This document shows positions 39,625-49,511 of a DNA stretch of 64,000 nucleotides, in pieces. Where the stretch lies: positions 163,698 to 227,697 of the forward strand of contig JAZJYZ010000001.1 in assembly GCA_040390125.1 (NCBI GenBank), in the 5' to 3' direction. This stretch comes from Patescibacteria group bacterium. GTDB lineage: Bacteria; Patescibacteriota; Minisyncoccia; Phycocordibacterales; Phycocordibacteraceae. A program made the translations under genes and the position numbers. Positions within the stretch are counted from its first letter, which is position 1; each line of letters begins with the position of its first letter. Under the pieces are notes generated by a model. That model was not told the DNA's origin, did no database searches, and saw only the letters and a list, made by a program, of their open reading frames with translations.

Positions 39625-39819
39625 TTGCATATGAAAGCTATAGATGTTAGGAAGAAGAACGACAGTGAACTAATGAAGCTCCTTGGAGATCTCGAAATTG
39701 AGCTCCGTGAATTTCGTTTCGGTATGTCGGGAGGACGCACGAAAAATGTTCGCAAAGCTCGAGGAATACGTGCCGATATTGCCCGCATTAAAGCAATTAT
39801 GACCGAGAGAAGCGCATAA
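39625..39819 (+). CDS. rpmC: 50S ribosomal protein L29
   Basis: 64-aa ORF reading as L29 (...ELMKLLGDLEIELREFRF...); position between rplP and rpsQ. Confidence 0.88.
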   Translation: MHMKAIDVRKKNDSELMKLLGDLEIELREFRFGMSGGRTKNVRKARGIRADIARIKAIMTERSA

Positions 39820-39824
39820 TCTAT

Positions 39825-40064
39825 ATGGAACCAACTACAAAACACAAAAAGACATTGAACGGCACGGTTGTGTCGACAAAAATGAAAGACACTATTACCG
39901 TGGCGGTGAATCGCTACGTTAAAGACTCGAAGTATAAGAAGTACGTTCGTCAGACCAAGAAGTATCTTGCGCATGATCCAGGCAACACCAAAGTAGAAGG
40001 TGAGCGAGTCACCATTGAAGAGTGTCGCCCTATGTCGAAGAATAAGCATTTCATAGTTATATGA
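39825..40064 (+). CDS. rpsQ: 30S ribosomal protein S17
   Basis: 79-aa ORF reading as S17 (...TLNGTVVSTKMKDTITVAVNRYV...); position between rpmC and rplN. Confidence 0.9.
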   Translation: MEPTTKHKKTLNGTVVSTKMKDTITVAVNRYVKDSKYKKYVRQTKKYLAHDPGNTKVEGERVTIEECRPMSKNKHFIVI

Positions 40065-40441
40065 TTCAAGATCGCTCACTCGTCATCATTGCAGATAACA
40101 CCGGCGGTAAGGTTGGACGCATTTTCAAAGTGCTTGGTGGTTCAAAAAAGACCATTGCACAAATTGGTGACCGAGTAGTGCTTTCAGTGCAATCTGCGGA
40201 ACCTCGTAAGATGGTTAAGAAGAAAGAAGTTTTGACTGCGGTTGTTGTTCGTCAGCGAAAGTCATTCCGTCGAGTTGATGGTTCGTACATTCGTTTTGAT
40301 GACAACGCTGTCGTGATTCTTTCAAAGAATGCAAAAGATCCGTTTGAGCCAAAAGCAAACCGTGTCTTCGGGCCTATCCCTCGAGAAATCGTAGACTTGG
40401 GGTACCAGAAGATTGGATCGCTGGCACCGGAGGTAGTATAA
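40061..40441 (+). CDS. rplN: 50S ribosomal protein L14
   Basis: MIQDRSLVIIADNTGGK... Confidence 0.95.
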   Translation: MIQDRSLVIIADNTGGKVGRIFKVLGGSKKTIAQIGDRVVLSVQSAEPRKMVKKKEVLTAVVVRQRKSFRRVDGSYIRFDDNAVVILSKNAKDPFEPKANRVFGPIPREIVDLGYQKIGSLAPEVV

Positions 40442-40507
40442 GGAGCTTTTAGGCAACGCTTCGTTGGATCCGTAGGGATCATAGGAAAAAGAAAAAACAA
40501 AAACAAC

Positions 40508-40810
40508 ATGAAAATAAAAAAAGGAGACAAAATAATTATCATCACCGGCAAGGACAAAGGCAAGACGGGGACGGTGACACGTGCACTTCCAGCAGTGAGT
40601 AAAATTATTGTTGAGGGTTTGAACCTCAAAAAGAAGCATCAGAAGCCACGAGGAAACCGCAAAGGTCAGATTGTTGATATGGCGATGCCATTCCATGTAT
40701 CAAACGCCATGCTTGTTGATCCAAAATCAGGCAAAGGTACACGCATTTCTATTTCAATGAAGGGTGATAAGCGAGTCCGTATCGCAGTTAAGAGTGGATC
40801 AGAAGTGTAA
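40508..40810 (+). CDS. rplX: 50S ribosomal protein L24
   Basis: MKIKKGDKIIIITGKDKGK... KOW motif. Confidence 0.9.
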   Translation: MKIKKGDKIIIITGKDKGKTGTVTRALPAVSKIIVEGLNLKKKHQKPRGNRKGQIVDMAMPFHVSNAMLVDPKSGKGTRISISMKGDKRVRIAVKSGSEV

Positions 40811-40860
40811 TTAGGCTTAGAGCTTCTAGCTTTCAGCTTTTAGGGAGGAAAAACAAAAAT

Positions 40861-41406
40861 ATGAAAACAACACTAGTACGAGAATTAGAAAAATCAGCAT
40901 TCAAGACTCTGAAGGGAGATTTTGGTTACAAAAATACTTTTCAGGCTCCACACTTAGTAAAGGTGGTTATTTCGACAGGCATCGGAAAAATAAAGGATAA
41001 GAAGAAGGTTGAACTTATTGAAAATAGACTTGCTTTGATTACTGGCCAAAAAGCAGCTGTGCGTGGTGCTAAGAAGTCAGTCGCATCCTTCAAGGTGCGT
41101 CAGGGTGACCCAGTAGGGTATCAAGTAACGCTCCGTGGGGCTCGCATGTATGATTTTTTGGACAAACTCGTACACATCTCACTCCCTCGAACTCGTGACT
41201 TTCGTGGACTTTCCGCAAAAGCGATTGATTCTTTGGGTAACATAACCCTCGGCATTAAGGAGCACACGATTTTCCCTGAAACTTCAGACGAAGAATTGAA
41301 GGATGTGTTCGGTCTCGCCATCACCATTGTGACGACGGCAAAAGATGAGAAACAAGCAGAGGCATTCTTCCGCCACATTGGGGTCCCACTTCAGGAAGCC
41401 GTGTAA
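40861..41406 (+). CDS. rplE: 50S ribosomal protein L5
   Basis: L5 sequence; operon position. Confidence 0.95.
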   Translation: MKTTLVRELEKSAFKTLKGDFGYKNTFQAPHLVKVVISTGIGKIKDKKKVELIENRLALITGQKAAVRGAKKSVASFKVRQGDPVGYQVTLRGARMYDFLDKLVHISLPRTRDFRGLSAKAIDSLGNITLGIKEHTIFPETSDEELKDVFGLAITIVTTAKDEKQAEAFFRHIGVPLQEAV

Positions 41407-41424
41407 GTATCCACTCAAATTTTT

Positions 41425-41571
41425 ATGGGACACGAAGATCAAGGTACTTCTTTTCCAATTCCCCCAGCAGAATCCATACCAGGACTGCTCGAAAGCCTCG
41501 GGCTTACCGGTAAAGCACTTCCCGGACCCTTGTTTGGTCAAAAACCATCATCAAAGCCTGAGGCAGATTAA
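41425..41571 (+). CDS. Unlisted 48-aa ORF (MGHEDQGTSFPIPPAESIPGLLESLGLTGKALPGPLFGQKPSSKPEAD) in the rplE-aroK spacer
   Basis: ORF found manually; below the track length cutoff. Confidence 0.15.
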   Translation: MGHEDQGTSFPIPPAESIPGLLESLGLTGKALPGPLFGQKPSSKPEAD

Positions 41572-41638
41572 ACATAGCTAGATTTCGTCTCTTAATGTTT
41601 TGGTAAGATAAGGTTTCTTACGTCTTGATTCACAAAAC

Positions 41639-42169
41639 ATGAAAGGTATTACTTTTATAGGAATGTCAGGAAGTGGTAAATCAAGCGTAGGCGCAAGATT
41701 GGCAATGCAGATTGGATGGAAGTTTGTTGATCTTGATAAACTGATTTTGGAAAAACAATCTGCTACTCATCACGAAATAATGCAAAGGTTTGGTGAGGAA
41801 GGGCTTAAAGCTCTTGAGGAGCAGTACACACTAGAACTAGATTTTGCTAATACAGTTTTTGCACCTGGGGGGAGCTTAGTATATTCACAGCTCGCAATGG
41901 AAAAAGCGAAAGATGAATCTACGCTTATTTATCTTCGGGTTCCACCAAGGATCATTGAGAGTAGGTTAGGTGATCGCCTGCACCGAAATGGCATCGTTGG
42001 CCTTGAGGAGAAAGGCCTTGCTGGAGTTATGGCGGAACGCATTCCGCTCTATGAAGGCTATGCGGACTATGTGTTTGATTCAGAAATGCAGAGTGTTCAA
42101 GAGATGGCAGAAAAAATTATTACTACACTGCGAAGTCGTGGTTTAGATTTTCCCTATGCGGTTTCATAG
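41639..42169 (+). CDS. aroK: Shikimate kinase
   Basis: P-loop GMSGSGKSSVG; about 176 aa. Confidence 0.8.
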   Translation: MKGITFIGMSGSGKSSVGARLAMQIGWKFVDLDKLILEKQSATHHEIMQRFGEEGLKALEEQYTLELDFANTVFAPGGSLVYSQLAMEKAKDESTLIYLRVPPRIIESRLGDRLHRNGIVGLEEKGLAGVMAERIPLYEGYADYVFDSEMQSVQEMAEKIITTLRSRGLDFPYAVS

Positions 42170-43466
42170 CACTAACAAGCATTCAAAAGGCTTTTCTTTT
42201 TCTCAGGCAATTCTTGCAGGTCTTGCTCCTGACGGAGGGTTGTTCATGCCGGATCGCTGGCCATCTTTACCAAAACGTTTTTTTTTAGATTTAAAAGAGT
42301 CAACGTTCGCTGACAGTGCATTCTCAATAGCTAAGCATTTTGTGCCTCAAATCTCAGACAGAGACCTTCGTCGCCTAACAAAAGATGCCTTCAATTTTCC
42401 TGTACCCCTTGTTCCCCTTGGGGATGGGGTATTTTTGTTAGAACTTTTTCATGGTCCAACCATGGCTTTTAAAGACTTCGGTGCACGTTTTTTGTCTCGT
42501 ATTTCAAGTTTTTTCCTCCGCCAATCAAAAAAGAAGATGACGATTATTGTTGCCACGTCGGGTGACACTGGCTCGGCAGTTGCAAGCGGGTTTTTCAAGG
42601 TTCCTCATGTGCGAATATTTATTTTGTATCCAAGTGGAAAGGTAAGTCCACTACAAGAAAAACAGCTAACGACGTACGGAGGGAATATTACCGCTATCGA
42701 AGTGAAGGGCACATTCGATGACTGCCAAAAGCTTGCAAAACAAGCACTTGCTGACAGAGAGCTTGTGGAAGCCCTCAACCTCTCTTCTGCAAATTCAATT
42801 AATTTCGGACGATTGTTACCGCAGTCGTTTTATTATTTTTGGGCATGGAAGCAATTGCAAGAGAAAGGAATTTACAAAGATCCTGTATTCGTCGTGCCGA
42901 GCGGAAATTTTGGTAATGGGTTTGCTGGTTTAATGGCAAAACGAATGGGACTCCCTGTCTCGAAGTTTGTTTTTGCAACAAATGCGAATGCAATTGTGCC
43001 TAGTTACCTAAAGACAGGGAAATTTCTAGCTCAAAAATCAAAAAATACTATTTCAAACGCAATGGACGTGGGCAATCCGAGTAACTTTGCTCGTATTCTA
43101 GCTCTATATGACGGGAAGAGAGTGAAAATGAAAGAGGATATATGGAGCGAGAGTGTATCTGATGGGGTGACAAAAAAAACTATCCGTCGAGTTTTTGAAG
43201 AGTATGGGTACACGCTTGACCCACATACAGCAGTTGGCGTTGCAGCTGCATGGCGATTTCGAAAAGAAACAAAAAATGAAAATCCGATCGTAGTTCTCTC
43301 AACGGCACATCCGGCAAAATTTCGTGAAGTTGTGGAACCTGTCATCGGGAAGAAAATCACGCTGCCGTTGCAATTACGTGCTCCAATGAAAAAGAAAAAA
43401 CACTCACACCTGATTCCTGCTTCGTACGGCATCCTCAAGAAATTTTTATTGACTCACGAAGATTGA
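42156..43466 (+). CDS. thrC: Threonine synthase
   Basis: N-terminal ...LAGLAPDGGLFMP... and PLP-lysine region FHGPTMAFKDFG. Confidence 0.85.
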   Translation: MRFHSTNKHSKGFSFSQAILAGLAPDGGLFMPDRWPSLPKRFFLDLKESTFADSAFSIAKHFVPQISDRDLRRLTKDAFNFPVPLVPLGDGVFLLELFHGPTMAFKDFGARFLSRISSFFLRQSKKKMTIIVATSGDTGSAVASGFFKVPHVRIFILYPSGKVSPLQEKQLTTYGGNITAIEVKGTFDDCQKLAKQALADRELVEALNLSSANSINFGRLLPQSFYYFWAWKQLQEKGIYKDPVFVVPSGNFGNGFAGLMAKRMGLPVSKFVFATNANAIVPSYLKTGKFLAQKSKNTISNAMDVGNPSNFARILALYDGKRVKMKEDIWSESVSDGVTKKTIRRVFEEYGYTLDPHTAVGVAAAWRFRKETKNENPIVVLSTAHPAKFREVVEPVIGKKITLPLQLRAPMKKKKHSHLIPASYGILKKFLLTHED

Positions 43467-43502
43467 CACGTACTTTCCCACTGGTAGAGTTGCATTGCAT
43501 AT

Positions 43503-43688
43503 ATGCCAAAAGACCCAGAATCAGCACCCTTGAATCGAACATCTGTGAAGCATGTGCCTAGGTTTGGGAAAGGTTTTAGACTGATTCGAGAAATAGATGT
43601 GCCTGTGGGCGGGGGACAGGGAACAGAGAGAGTTTTTACTTTTATGGAGTTTCCGGATGGTCGTCGTCAGTGGTTAGGACGTCGTTAA
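43503..43688 (+). CDS. Hypothetical 61-aa ORF
   Basis: ORF only. Confidence 0.15.
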   Translation: MPKDPESAPLNRTSVKHVPRFGKGFRLIREIDVPVGGGQGTERVFTFMEFPDGRRQWLGRR

Positions 43689-43718
43689 TATTTTCTGGGT
43701 TTATTTTTCGTAGTTTAC

Positions 43719-44003
43719 ATGTTTGAGCGAGGCGTGAGATCTGTGAAAGGCTCCAGTAGACCATGGGTCGCACTTGGGATGGTGGCGGCGCTTTTTTCTC
43801 CGGATAAATATCCTGATCCTGTACAGCGAGGTGTAGATGCCGGCTTTCGTTTGGCGGAAAGTGGCGATTGCAGGGGATCCATAAGAGATGAGTATATTGA
43901 GGTGCTTGCACAAGAGCATCGTCCTCTGCGTTACGTCCTGCCGTTCGTCAAGGCACGCAATGATACCTGTGCACGAGCGGAGTCCATGGTTGATTTTCGC
44001 TAG
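43719..44003 (+). CDS. Hypothetical 94-aa ORF
   Basis: ORF only; GC-rich. Confidence 0.2.
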   Translation: MFERGVRSVKGSSRPWVALGMVAALFSPDKYPDPVQRGVDAGFRLAESGDCRGSIRDEYIEVLAQEHRPLRYVLPFVKARNDTCARAESMVDFR

Positions 44004-44184
44004 TTTGACCTCTTAGTTCGTTTCTGCTATCCTAGCAATAGCTTTTCGAAGCGCTTTTTCTTTACCCTTCAACTTCGTTCAGGGTGAAAGGCCTCTTCCC
44101 GAAAGGGTGAGGTACGGAAAAGGGCTCTAAAAGGCGAATACCCTTCATCTCAGCACAGGCTGAATGAATACGGTTCCCTAAAAA

Positions 44185-44454
44185 ATGGCTAAAAAGTCAC
44201 AATTGGCTCGCAATTCCAAGCGTATCAAAACGGTCGCTCGTTTTGCTGTTAAACGTGCTGCGTTAAAGAAGGCGGGAGATTGGGAAGGTCTACAGAAGCT
44301 TCCTAAGAACGCTTCACCAATTCGTGTGAAGAATCGCTGTGCAGTTACTGGTCGTGGTCAGGGCTATATGCGTCATTTCGGACTTTCTCGTATCCAGTTT
44401 CGTGAGATGGCACGCCGTGGCGAGATCCCAGGCGTTAAGAAGTCTTCTTGGTAA
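44185..44454 (+). CDS. rpsN: 30S ribosomal protein S14 (long, non-zinc-ribbon type)
   Basis: [17 protein letters not shown]...[27 protein letters not shown]. Confidence 0.9.
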   Translation: MAKKSQLARNSKRIKTVARFAVKRAALKKAGDWEGLQKLPKNASPIRVKNRCAVTGRGQGYMRHFGLSRIQFREMARRGEIPGVKKSSW

Positions 44455-44478
44455 TTCTGTTCACTTTTCACTATATTT

Positions 44479-44874
44479 ATGATTACAGATCCTATTGGAG
44501 ATTTCATAGTTCGACTCAAGAACGCCACAGCGGTGCGCAAAGCATCAGTCGCTGTTCCGTTTTCCAAGTTGAAACTCGCCGTAGCACTTGCATTGAAGAA
44601 ATCAGGCTATCTTGGTGAAATTTCTGAAGAAGGCTCCGGTGTTCAAAAGACCCTTGTTGTTGAGCTTATCTATGGAGCCGACGGACTGCCAAAAATCAAC
44701 GGTGTAAAGCGAATTTCAAAGCCTGGGCGCCGTCTCTATGCAAAGGCACGTGAAGTTTTCCCAGTTAAATATGGCAAAGGACTCCTGGTGCTTTCAACTC
44801 CGCAGGGCATTGTTACTGACCGTGAGGCTCGCCAAAATAGACTTGGAGGAGAGACGCTTTTCAAGATTTGGTAG
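44479..44874 (+). CDS. rpsH: 30S ribosomal protein S8
   Basis: MITDPIGDFIVRLKNA... Confidence 0.95.
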   Translation: MITDPIGDFIVRLKNATAVRKASVAVPFSKLKLAVALALKKSGYLGEISEEGSGVQKTLVVELIYGADGLPKINGVKRISKPGRRLYAKAREVFPVKYGKGLLVLSTPQGIVTDREARQNRLGGETLFKIW

Positions 44875-44899
44875 TCGCGCTCACTATAAATAATTCACT

Positions 44900-45436
44900 A
44901 TGTCACGCATCGGTAAAAACCCAATTACACTTCCAGCAAACACGCACGTTTCAGTTGCGGAAGGTGTTTTGACTGTGAAGGGGCCTTTGGGTTCCATCAC
45001 AAAGCCTGTGCACTCGATGGTAGCGATTGCTGTCGATGGCTCTTCCGTGACCGTTACACCAGCCAACACCTCAAAGCTCGCACGATCTCTCTGGGGTACC
45101 TTCGCATCTCACATCAAGAACATGGTTGCCGGTGTGAATAAGAAATATGAGAAGAAGTTGACGCTTGAAGGTATCGGGTACCGTGTGGAAGTACAAGGTA
45201 AGAACATGAAATTTGCTGTTGGTTTTTCTCATCCAGTTATCCTTCCTATTCCTGCCGGTATTGAAGTAGCAGTTGAGAAGAATCAGATAACCGTTTCAGG
45301 TATCGACAAAGACGAAGTGGGGCAGTTTTCAGCAGTTGTTCGTGCGGTGAAGAAGCCTGAACCATACAAAGGCAAGGGCATTCGCTACGAAGGTGAGTAC
45401 GTACGTCGTAAGCAAGGTAAGAAAGCATCTGCATAA
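44900..45436 (+). CDS. rplF: 50S ribosomal protein L6
   Basis: [12 protein letters not shown]... Confidence 0.95.
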   Translation: MSRIGKNPITLPANTHVSVAEGVLTVKGPLGSITKPVHSMVAIAVDGSSVTVTPANTSKLARSLWGTFASHIKNMVAGVNKKYEKKLTLEGIGYRVEVQGKNMKFAVGFSHPVILPIPAGIEVAVEKNQITVSGIDKDEVGQFSAVVRAVKKPEPYKGKGIRYEGEYVRRKQGKKASA

Positions 45437-45444
45437 TTTTTCAT

Positions 45445-45801
45445 ATGTCTAAACTCACTCCAAAAACTCAATCAGCACTTCGCGCTCGCAGACACCGCCG
45501 TATTCGTGGAAAGGTGAAGGGTACTGCTACCTGTCCACGCCTTGCGATTTTTCGCTCAAACAAATATTTCTACGCTCAGCTCATTGATGACGACAAGCAG
45601 GTGACTCTTGCGAGCGCTTCATCTATGGATGTGAAGGGTAAGTCAATGATGGAAGATGCAAAAATTGTTGGTGAGCGTGTTGCGAAAGCGGGTATCGAAA
45701 AAGGCGTTAAGAAAGTAGTCTTTGATCGTGGAGGCTTTACGTACACAGGACGTGTGCGTGCACTTGCCGAAGCTGCACGAGCCGGAGGTCTTGAATTTTA
45801 G
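45445..45801 (+). CDS. rplR: 50S ribosomal protein L18
   Basis: L18 sequence; operon position. Confidence 0.9.
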   Translation: MSKLTPKTQSALRARRHRRIRGKVKGTATCPRLAIFRSNKYFYAQLIDDDKQVTLASASSMDVKGKSMMEDAKIVGERVAKAGIEKGVKKVVFDRGGFTYTGRVRALAEAARAGGLEF

Positions 45802-45834
45802 TGAACAGTGTACAGTGAATAGTAAATAACAATT

Positions 45835-46470
45835 ATGAATGATGAACAAAACATGACCCCTTCAGACGGAAACACACCAGAAGCTGTATCTGTACCTACA
45901 GTGGTGGCTGACGCAAAAGGTGGAGCACCGAGAGGCTCTGGTAGCCCTCAGCGTGGAGGACGCCGTCCTCAGCGTGGAGGCCCGGGCGGAGACAGGAGAC
46001 CTTCTCGTGGAGGAGATCGCAAGCGTGAGCCTCGTGAACGAGCAGAATTTGATCAACGCACCATTCTTATTCGCCGTGTTGCTCGTGTTATGGCTGGCGG
46101 TAGACGCTTCTCATTCTCAGCTGCTATTGCAGCGGGTGACAGGAAGGGCAGGGTAGGTATTGGCGTCGGCAAGGGTGGCGACACAGCGCTTGCAATTGAA
46201 AAGGCACTTCGAGATGCAAAGAAAAATATGATTACCGTTAAAATGACGAAGACCATGAGCATTGCGCATGACGTGATGGCAAAAACTTCTTCAGGTATCG
46301 TTTCGATTCGTCCTTCCCCTGAACGTGGTATCGTTGCCGGTTCCGCAGTGAAGATTGTATTGGAACTTGCTGGCGTTAAAGATGTGACCGCAAAAGTACT
46401 TTCGTCTTCAAAAAATAAACTCAACATTGCCCGTGCGACAATTAAAGCACTTTCGACTCTCAAGAAATAA
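45835..46470 (+). CDS. rpsE: 30S ribosomal protein S5 with an RGG-rich N-terminal extension
   Basis: S5 core ...ARVMAGGRRFSFSAAIAAGD... Confidence 0.9.
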   Translation: MNDEQNMTPSDGNTPEAVSVPTVVADAKGGAPRGSGSPQRGGRRPQRGGPGGDRRPSRGGDRKREPRERAEFDQRTILIRRVARVMAGGRRFSFSAAIAAGDRKGRVGIGVGKGGDTALAIEKALRDAKKNMITVKMTKTMSIAHDVMAKTSSGIVSIRPSPERGIVAGSAVKIVLELAGVKDVTAKVLSSSKNKLNIARATIKALSTLKK

Positions 46471-46471
46471 C

Positions 46472-46999
46472 ATGGAACTCCACACACTTACACGCACAAA
46501 GAGTAACAAAGCAACCCGCCGTGTTGGCCGTGGAGGTAAGCGTGGCAAGACGTCTGGCCGTGGTTCAAAGGGTCAGAAGTCACGTGCTGGTGCAAAATTT
46601 CGTCCTGAATGGCGTGACATCATCAAAAAAATTCCAAAGCGACGTGGATACGGCAGAAACCGTTCTCGAACAGCCGTGCCACGCATCCGTTTTGCAACCG
46701 TGAATTTTGATACTCTCTCGAGACAGTTCAAGGCGGGGGACATCATTACTCCGATTGCATTGGTTAAGGCTGGAGCTGTACGCCGTATTTCTGGCAAAGT
46801 TCCTCCGATAAAGATTCTTGCTCGAGGAGAGATCAGCATGAAGCTCGCTTTTGAGGACGTTCTCATTTCAGAAGTAGCTAAGACACTAATTGAAAAAGCT
46901 GGTGGCACTGTCCGTGCTCCTATTTCAAAGAAGGTACTGCCTTCTAAAAAAGACACTTCTCCTAAAAAAGCTGCTTCCTCCCTAAAAGCTAAAAGCTAA
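46472..46999 (+). CDS. rplO: 50S ribosomal protein L15, directly after rpsE (no L30 gene), with a K/S-rich C-terminal tail
   Basis: MELHTLTRTKSNKATRRVGRGGKRGKTSGRG... Confidence 0.9.
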   Translation: MELHTLTRTKSNKATRRVGRGGKRGKTSGRGSKGQKSRAGAKFRPEWRDIIKKIPKRRGYGRNRSRTAVPRIRFATVNFDTLSRQFKAGDIITPIALVKAGAVRRISGKVPPIKILARGEISMKLAFEDVLISEVAKTLIEKAGGTVRAPISKKVLPSKKDTSPKKAASSLKAKS

Positions 47000-47011
47000 A
47001 AGCTGGTTACT

Positions 47012-48283
47012 ATGTCTGGATTTTTCACAAAACTCAAACTCATACTGAGCGACGGCACGCTTTTGAAGCGAATCGGTTTTGTCATTGCGGCACTCGCAGT
47101 ATTCAGGCTTCTTGCTACGATACCGATTCCAGGCATTGATCCAGACCGTCTTTCACAGTTTTTCTCAGGCAATCAATTCTTGGGTCTTTTAAATATTTTC
47201 TCCGGAGGAGGTCTTTCAAATCTCTCTATCGTTATGCTCGGTGTTGCTCCATACATCACTGCGTCAATCATCATGCAGGTTTTGACCATCATGTTCCCAA
47301 AATTGAAGACGATGTATCAGGAAGAAGGAGATCAGGGTCGCAAGAAGTTCAGTCAGTATTCTCGTCTCTTATCTGTCCCACTCGCATTCATCCAAGGGTA
47401 TGCATACCTCTCTCTGTTTGAGAGTCAGGGAGTTATTGATCAACTTCCGTTCATGGCGTTCATGTTGAACGTACTTATCGTAGCTGCAGGATCAGTCCTG
47501 TTGATGTGGATTGGCGAGCTCATGACTGAGTTCGGTATAGGTAATGGTGTCTCGCTCATCATTTTTGCAGGCATTGTGGCATCTGTTCCCCAGAATTTTG
47601 CTCAACTCTTATTTTCATTTAATCCCGCACAGATTCCTCTCTACATTGGTTTCATCGTCGCAGCCTTGGCGATTATCTACGGAGTGGTTGTCATGACTGA
47701 AGCTGAACGTCCAGTGCCAGTGACCTACGCAAAGCGTGTTCGTGGGAACAAACTCTACGGAGGTGTTTCTACCTACTTACCACTTCGCTTGAACCAAGCT
47801 GGCGTCATTCCAATTATTTTCGCTCTCTCTATTCTTCTTTTTCCTCAACTCCTTCTGAACTTCGCAGCGAAATCTTCTGTTCTCTGGCTTTCAGGGATCG
47901 CATCAGCGCTTCTTTCGTGGAATGGTGGTGCTGTGGTGTACGCTCTGTTCTATTTCCTCCTAGTCTTCCTCTTTACGTATTTCTACACCGCAGTCACGTT
48001 TGATCCAAACATGCTTGCCACAAACCTTCAGAAAAATGGTGCATTCGTTCCTGGTGTTCGTCCTGGGCTGCAGACCGCAGAGTATTTAGGGAAGGTTATT
48101 ACTCGTATCACTATGGTCGGAGCACTCTTTCTTGGTGTTGTTGCCGTGTTGCCACTTATTATGCAGTCCGTTACCGGCTTAACGACTCTCGCTATCGGTG
48201 GTACCGCACTCCTCATTGTGGTGTCAGTGGTATTGGATTTGGTGCGTAAAATCGAAGGGCAGATTTCTTTGCGGGAATATTAA
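47012..48283 (+). CDS. secY: Preprotein translocase SecY
   Basis: 423-aa polytopic membrane protein; conserved position after rplO. Confidence 0.95.
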   Translation: MSGFFTKLKLILSDGTLLKRIGFVIAALAVFRLLATIPIPGIDPDRLSQFFSGNQFLGLLNIFSGGGLSNLSIVMLGVAPYITASIIMQVLTIMFPKLKTMYQEEGDQGRKKFSQYSRLLSVPLAFIQGYAYLSLFESQGVIDQLPFMAFMLNVLIVAAGSVLLMWIGELMTEFGIGNGVSLIIFAGIVASVPQNFAQLLFSFNPAQIPLYIGFIVAALAIIYGVVVMTEAERPVPVTYAKRVRGNKLYGGVSTYLPLRLNQAGVIPIIFALSILLFPQLLLNFAAKSSVLWLSGIASALLSWNGGAVVYALFYFLLVFLFTYFYTAVTFDPNMLATNLQKNGAFVPGVRPGLQTAEYLGKVITRITMVGALFLGVVAVLPLIMQSVTGLTTLAIGGTALLIVVSVVLDLVRKIEGQISLREY

Positions 48284-48336
48284 AATCAAAGCTGTCAGCT
48301 TCCGGCTGTCAGCTTACAGCTTTAAATAGCAAAAGC

Positions 48337-48909
48337 ATGAAAGGAAAATTCATACTCGTTATTGGTCCATCCGGTTCCGGAAAAGGGACGCTCATAAATC
48401 ATATTCGGCCTTTGTTTCCGGAACTTATGTATCCGAAGTCTTCAACAACTCGCTCCATGCGTGCAAATGAAAAACATGGTGAGCACTATTATTTTCTTTC
48501 TCGTGAGGAATTTCAAACCCGTATTGATAACAATGATTTTCTTGAATGGGCAGAGTATGGCGGACACTTTTACGGTACGCTTGCCTCTGAAGTTATACCT
48601 CTTCTCGATGTTGGAAAAACTGCCTTGAAGGAGCTTGAGGTACAAGGCGTTCGTCAACTGCAAGGGAAGATCCCGAAAGAGGAACTTGCTATCATTTTTG
48701 TGAATGCAGGTTCTTGGTCCGAAATGGAGACCCGCATTCGTGCACGTGCGCCAATATCGGAAACCGAACTAGAAAAACGAAAAGCACGCTATCAAGATGA
48801 GATGAGTTTCATGTCAGAGGCGGATTTTGTTGTTGAAAATCATTCAGGCGAGGTGGATTCTGCAAAGAAACGATTTGAAGAAGTCGTACGTTCTCTTATT
48901 GCAGGTTAA
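48337..48909 (+). CDS. gmk: Guanylate kinase
   Basis: GPSGSGKGT P-loop, ...STTRSMR...YYFLSREEF... Confidence 0.85.
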   Translation: MKGKFILVIGPSGSGKGTLINHIRPLFPELMYPKSSTTRSMRANEKHGEHYYFLSREEFQTRIDNNDFLEWAEYGGHFYGTLASEVIPLLDVGKTALKELEVQGVRQLQGKIPKEELAIIFVNAGSWSEMETRIRARAPISETELEKRKARYQDEMSFMSEADFVVENHSGEVDSAKKRFEEVVRSLIAG

Positions 48910-48919
48910 TATAGTATTT

Positions 48920-49501
48920 ATGGACACCGAACAAAAACATCTATTTTTCTTTGTAGGACGCATCGCCTCTGGTAAAGAAACACAGTGTGTACAGCTTGCT
49001 GAGAAGCTTGGATATACGGTTTTTAGTACCGGCGGAAAATTTCGTGAAATTGTTGCGTCAAATTCATTGTTAGGCAATCGTATCAAAGCCGACTACGAGA
49101 AAGGACTTCTCATGCCTTCCTGGGTTGCAAACTACATGTTTCAGGAATTTCTTTTCAATCTTCCTCCTCAAAACGGGGCAATTTTTGAAGGTTCAGGTCG
49201 GGACGTTGATCAAGCCAAGGTGATAGAAGAGGTTACCAGTTGGCTGGGTCGTTCATACACTGTTTTGAATTTGGACGTAAGTGAAGAAGAGGTAATCAAG
49301 CGTTCGCTTCTTCGAGGACGTGATTCTACTGACAAGGATGAATCAGTAATCCGCATGCGTCTTGCTGAATACAACCGTCTCACAAAACCTGCAATTGAAT
49401 ATTTCCAGTCTTTAGGAAAGTGTATGAATATCAATGGTGAACAGACACCTGAACAAGTGCACGAAGAGGTGATGCAAAAAGTGAGCGAGGTTTTGAAATA
49501 A
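48920..49501 (+). CDS. adk: Adenylate kinase-like nucleoside monophosphate kinase (divergent)
   Basis: P-loop GRIASGKETQ; LID-like RGRDSTD..DESVIRMRLAEY; conserved position between secY and map. Confidence 0.7.
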   Translation: MDTEQKHLFFFVGRIASGKETQCVQLAEKLGYTVFSTGGKFREIVASNSLLGNRIKADYEKGLLMPSWVANYMFQEFLFNLPPQNGAIFEGSGRDVDQAKVIEEVTSWLGRSYTVLNLDVSEEEVIKRSLLRGRDSTDKDESVIRMRLAEYNRLTKPAIEYFQSLGKCMNINGEQTPEQVHEEVMQKVSEVLK

Positions 49502-49511
49502 CCCACAGAGG

